From Candidatus Oxydemutatoraceae bacterium (GTDB lineage Bacteria; Pseudomonadota; Gammaproteobacteria; Poriferisulfidales; Oxydemutatoraceae), in NCBI GenBank assembly GCA_965220085.1, contig CBDCOZ010000003.1, positions 1,760,001-1,824,000 on the forward strand: a stretch of DNA of 64,000 bases. Reading direction: 5' to 3'. The position numbers and the translations under genes were made by a program. Under the pieces are notes generated by a model. It searched no databases and had not been told where the DNA came from. It was given only the letters and a program-made list of their open reading frames with translations. Below are positions 62,701-64,000 of this stretch, in pieces (position 1 is the first letter of the stretch; every line of letters begins with the position of its first letter).

Positions 62701-64000
62701 TAATCCAATGCGCCCGCCACCGTCACTTCGCCGCCGGTCGTAATCGCAAAGCGCCCGCCGGCATCATTGCTCAGGCTCCATTCCACCCCGCTTATGAGAT
62801 TGCCGCCTTCATCGCTTGCCGTCAGAGCGATGCCCGGCACCACTGTGCCGACCGGCGCATTCTCGGCGATGGTATTATCGCCGGTATCGCTATCGGCAAT
62901 CGTCAGGGTCTCCGGCGCATTAGGCGCGCCCACATTGGTTACGCCGATGCTCAGGCTCAATATGTTTGAGTCTATGCCGTCCTTTGTCGCTTGCGCCATG
63001 ACCGCGTGTTGCGTTGCTGCCTCGTAGTTCAATGCGCCCTCTAAGGTAATCACGCCGGTGTTACTCGTGATTGCAAACAGGCCGCCCGCGTCATCGGTCA
63101 GGCTCCATTCCGCTCCGCTTACCGCATTGCCACTCTCGTCGCTCGTCGTCAGAGCAATGCCCGGCACCGCCGTGCCGGTTGTCGCATTCTCGGCAAGCTC
63201 TATCGCGCCGTTGCCGCCGTTCGCTATCGTCAAAGTCTCCAGTACGTTCAATACATTGATTGTCAGCGTCACCCCCGACGAAGCATAACCGCTCGCCATG
63301 GCGGTTACCGTTACGGCGTGTCGCGTTGATGCTTCGTAGTTCAGTGTGTTGTCCGCAGCCAAAGTGATGGCGCCGTCGGCGCTGTCTATTGCAAACAGGC
63401 CGCTCGGGTCGGTCAGACTCCAGGTCGCACTGCTCACGGCAACGCCGGCGGGGTCTTGTGCCGCCAATGTCACGCCCGCTATCGCCGTATCCGCCGTCGC
63501 GTTCTCGGCTATCGTCGCCGTGTTGGCATCGCCCGTCGTATCGGTGTCTATAATCCGCAACTGTGGCAGGGTATCGTCAATATCCGCTTCGGCAATGGTC
63601 AGGCCCAGGCCGATTGAAATCACGCCGTCTTTAGCGGCCCGCGCTACCACCGCGTAGTGATTAGGCAGTGTCTCGTAATCCAATGAGCCCGAAGCGATGA
63701 GGCTGATCACGCCGCTGGCGCTGTCTATTGCAAATAAACCGCTTGCATAGGGCAGGCTCCAGGTCACTCCGCTTACCGCAGCGCCGCCCTCGTCGCTCAC
63801 CGTCAGAGCGATGCCCGGCACCACCGCGCCGGCTGTCGCATTCTCGGCAATCGCTATCGCGCCGCTGCCTCTGTTCGCTATCCTCAACTCCTCCAGCACA
63901 TTCAATACATTTATTGTCAGCTCCAGCGCGCCCGTTATATAACCGTCGGCTTCGGCGGTCACCGTTACGGTGTGTCGCGTTGATGTTTCGTAGTCCAGCG
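53745..64000 (-). CDS. Second giant cadherin-repeat protein, 3' part only (>3,400 aa; 5' end outside the window), ending LKLRLRLFLEGPLR
   Basis: Frame stays open to the window edge (LDYETSTRHTVTV upstream of the GTG at 63962); roughly 32 cadherin-like repeats of the same classes as gene 1. Confidence 0.93.
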   Translation of the reverse strand, partial: LDYETSTRHTVTVTAEADGYITGALELTINVLNVLEELRIANRGSGAIAIAENATAGAVVPGIALTVSDEGGAAVSGVTWSLPYASGLFAIDSASGVISLIASGSLDYETLPNHYAVVARAAKDGVISIGLGLTIAEADIDDTLPQLRIIDTDTTGDANTATIAENATADTAIAGVTLAAQDPAGVAVSSATWSLTDPSGLFAIDSADGAITLAADNTLNYEASTRHAVTVTAMASGYASSGVTLTINVLNVLETLTIANGGNGAIELAENATTGTAVPGIALTTSDESGNAVSGAEWSLTDDAGGLFAITSNTGVITLEGALNYEAATQHAVMAQATKDGIDSNILSLSIGVTNVGAPNAPETLTIADSDTGDNTIAENAPVGTVVPGIALTASDEGGNLISGVEWSLSNDAGGRFAITTGGEVTVAGALDYETDTSHAIEARASTATAVATLSLTIAVENVPETLTVRDRNADANTIAENAGAGSRVLGISLEAKDEANVAVTSGLVWSLIDNPNGLFSVDSAGIIRLVAANSLDYEASSQHTVTVRVSKEGIHSNIASLVISVGDINEDIAIVDITDNDNLARVSESAATGTAVSGLELVARGADGARLSVIWSLPNNAGGLFAIDGSSGVIAVAAALDYETAREHRLRVRATLGGVSAEIEAEVRVENVLEALTIANGGSGAIEIAENAPVGAVVPGIALTASDEGGNLISGAEWSLSNDAGGRFAITTGGEVTVAGALDYETDTSHAIEARASTATAVATLSLTIAVENVPETLTITDSDTTDNTVAENAPVGAVVAGIALTASDEGGNLISGAEWSLSNDAGGRFAITTGGEVTVAGALDYETDTSHAIEARASTATAVATLSLTIAVENVPETLTITDSDTTDNTIAENAPVGAVVAGIALTASDEGGNLISGAEWSLSNDAGGRFAITTGGEVTVAGALDYETDTSHAIEARASTATAVATLSLTIAVENVPETLTITDSDTTDNTVAENAPVGAVVAGIALTASDEGGNLISGAEWSLSNDAGGRFAITTGGEVTVAGALDYETDTSHAIEARASTATAVATLSLTIAVENVPETLTITDSDITDNTVAENAPVGAVVAGIALTASDEGGNLISGAEWSLSNDAGGRFAITTGGEVTVAGALDYETDTSHAIEARASTATAVATLSLTIAVENVPETLTITDSDTTDNTVAENAPVGAVVAGIALTASDEGGNLISGAEWSLSNDAGGRFAITTGGEVTVAGALDYETDTSHAIEARASTATAVATLSLTIAVENVPETLTITDSDITDNTVAENAPVGAVVAGIALTASDEGGNLISGAEWSLSNDAGGRFAITTGGEVTVAGALDYETDTSHAIEARASTATAVATLSLTIAVENVPETLTITDSDTTDNTVAENAPVGAVVAGIALTASDEGGNLISGAEWSLSNDAGGRFAITTGGEVTVAGALDYETDTSHAIEARASTATAVATLSLTIAVENVPETLTVRDRNADANTIAENAGAGSRVLGISLEAKDEANVAVTSGLVWSLIDNPNGLFSVDSAGIIRLVAANSLDYEASSQHTVTVRVSKEGIHSNIASLVISVGDINEDIAIVDITDNDNLARVSESAATGTAVSGLELVARGADGARLSVIWSLPNNAGGLFAIDGSSGVIAVAAALDYETAREHRLRVRATLGGVSAEIEAEVRVENVLEALTIANGGSGAIEIAENAPVGAVVPGIALTASDEGGNLISGAEWSLTDDAGNLFAITSNTGVIAVAGELNYEAATQHAVMAQATKDGIDSNILSLSIGVISVGVTNAPESLTIADGNAGDNAIAENAPVGAVVPGIALTASDEGGAAVSGVEWSLTDDAGGLFSITIGGEVRVAAALDFETAQSHTITAQASTGTVVNTLALTIAVENVPETLTIANADADAIELAENAPVGAAVPGIALTASDEGGAAVSGVEWSLTDDAGGLFAITSNTGVIAVAGELNYEAATQHAVVAQATKDGIDSNQLTLAIAVTDIDESLPQLRITDADATGDANTATIAENATTGTAIADVTLAAQDPGGASVTGVTWSLTDPAHPDLFAIDSADGAITLVASDTLDYETARSHSVTVTAETAGYQPAVVTLTINILNVLETLTIANAGIGAIEIAENATTGTMVPGITLTATDEGGNAVSGVEWNLTDDAGGLFAITSNTGAITTEGELNYEASTQHPVTVRATKDGIDSNEPNLTIVVTNVAEPLTIIDSDTAANAIAENAVANMPVTGIALQALDEAGDAVSAVTWSIASAPPGLFAIDADGAIRLSASNTLDYETSTAHTAEARATASGIRSDPLPLTIMVTDFDETIVPPTVSDADPAPNAIAENSTDTIVSGIMLAATRDGNPLSGIAWILTDDADGLFAIAAATGVIKTATDRAPDYEAAASHGVTAVAIAADGSIVALDLPIEVRNVAESLTIVDSDTDANAIAENAPPGTAATGIALRAHEDGLPLTAGEGFLWRLSDDAGGLFAITTGGEVTAAGALDYESTPTHSVTVRAVAGAVVSDDLTLTIAVGNVPESLTIIDSDTSANTIAENSAIGTAVTGINLQAHEGSLPLTAGEDFLWSLSDDAGGLFSITTGGEVTAAGALDYETATSHTIEARASTGAVVDTLTLTINILNAPEPLTIIDSDTAANAIAENAVANMPVTGIALQALDEAGDAVSAVTWSIASAPPGLFAIDADGAIRLSASNTLDYETSTAHTAEARATASGIRSDPLPLTIMVTDFDETIVPPTVSDADPAPNAIAENSTDTIVSGIMLAATRDGNPLSGIAWILTDDADGLFAIAAATGVIKTATDRAPDYEAAASHGVTAVAIAADGSIVALDLPIEVRNVAESLTIVDSDTDANAIAENAPPGTAVTGIALRAHEGSLPLTSGAGFAWEMTDTAADLFAIDPVSGEITAAGALDHESTPTHSVTVRAVAGAVVSNDLALTINILDAPDALTIVDSDATTNTVVENAATGTAVTGITLQARDEMGMPVTAVTWSVASAPAGLFAISSANSALLIVAGALDYESAPTHSVTVRAVAGAVVSNDLALTISVLNVAEALTVANSGNGAIELAEDAPVGTAVPGIALRAHEDGLPLTGGTDFIWGLSDDAGGLFAIAPDSGVVTLAGELDYETTPTHTITARASTGAVSATIDVIIAVIDIDETPSPQVAYTATIAEDATSGTAIAGVALAAQVVGGATVGSVTWSLGDPNDPDLFAISAGGGIITLIASGALDYETAHSHSVTVTAAAAGYEPVTMPLRIRVINVLESLAIADSNATTNTVVENAATGTAVTGITLTVRDEGNRAVSGMTWSLASAPNGLFAIDPDSGEVTVAGALDYEASTAHTVIVRATKDAVASDDLEMTIEVLNDPTDDDGTEPPEPALKLRLRLFLEGPLR
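55310..57303 (-). repeat. Near-identical ~730-bp duplication at 1263-bp spacing within gene 2
   Basis: ORF pairs 55381/56644, 55525/56788 and 55828/57091. Confidence 0.88.
58757..62780 (-). repeat. ~950-bp block duplicated at 3078-bp spacing, bracketing the 306-bp array
   Basis: ORF pairs 59017/62095, 59341/62419 and 59604/62682. Confidence 0.88.
59517..61915 (-). repeat. Seven to eight nearly perfect 306-bp tandem cadherin repeats
   Basis: Antisense ORFs every 306 bp (59689, 59995, 60301, 60607, 60913, 61219, 61525, 61831). Confidence 0.95.

Noticed and set aside
10563-63657. Hundreds of plus-strand ORFs opposite the giant genes
   Set aside because: Periodic antisense artefacts of repetitive Ala/Thr/Asp-rich coding sequence; used only as markers of repeat spacing.
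63960-63962. GTG at 63962 as the start of giant gene 2
   Set aside because: It falls in the middle of a repeat and the frame remains open to the window edge.
10458-64000. Giant proteins as RTX/T1SS adhesins, or as diversity-generating retroelement targets
   Set aside because: No GGxGxD nonapeptide block and gene 1 has a Sec-type signal; no reverse transcriptase or adenine-specific TR/VR pair is visible.

Overview
GC-rich bacterial DNA, most likely a gammaproteobacterium judging from gene order and protein families. The first ~10 kb is housekeeping: a glutaminyl cyclase running off the left edge (missed by the ORF track), a TRZ/ATZ amidohydrolase with degenerate metal ligands, ubiG, a HAD phosphatase, rmuC, lysS, frameshifted prfB, and two genes resembling tetrahydromethanopterin-pathway orf20/orf21 whose junction is tandemly triplicated. 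A structured ~132-bp repeat follows. The remaining ~54 kb holds two tandem minus-strand giant cadherin-repeat genes. One is complete (~14,180 aa, Sec-type signal peptide, roughly 120 cadherin-like repeats, three GLUG-type modules); the other is a >3,400-aa 3' portion. The best candidate for an undescribed system is their shared C-terminus, L[RK]LRLRLFLEGPLR-stop. It is kept despite synonymous codon changes and unrelated upstream linkers, and is followed by a conserved ~55-nt non-coding element. A decayed third copy of repeat, tail and hairpin lies between the two genes. No RTX, autotransporter barrel, transmembrane or known CTERM anchor is visible, so the tail is a candidate new secretion or anchoring signal. 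All calls come from manual reading; repeat boundaries and counts are approximate and copy numbers could be assembly-dependent.
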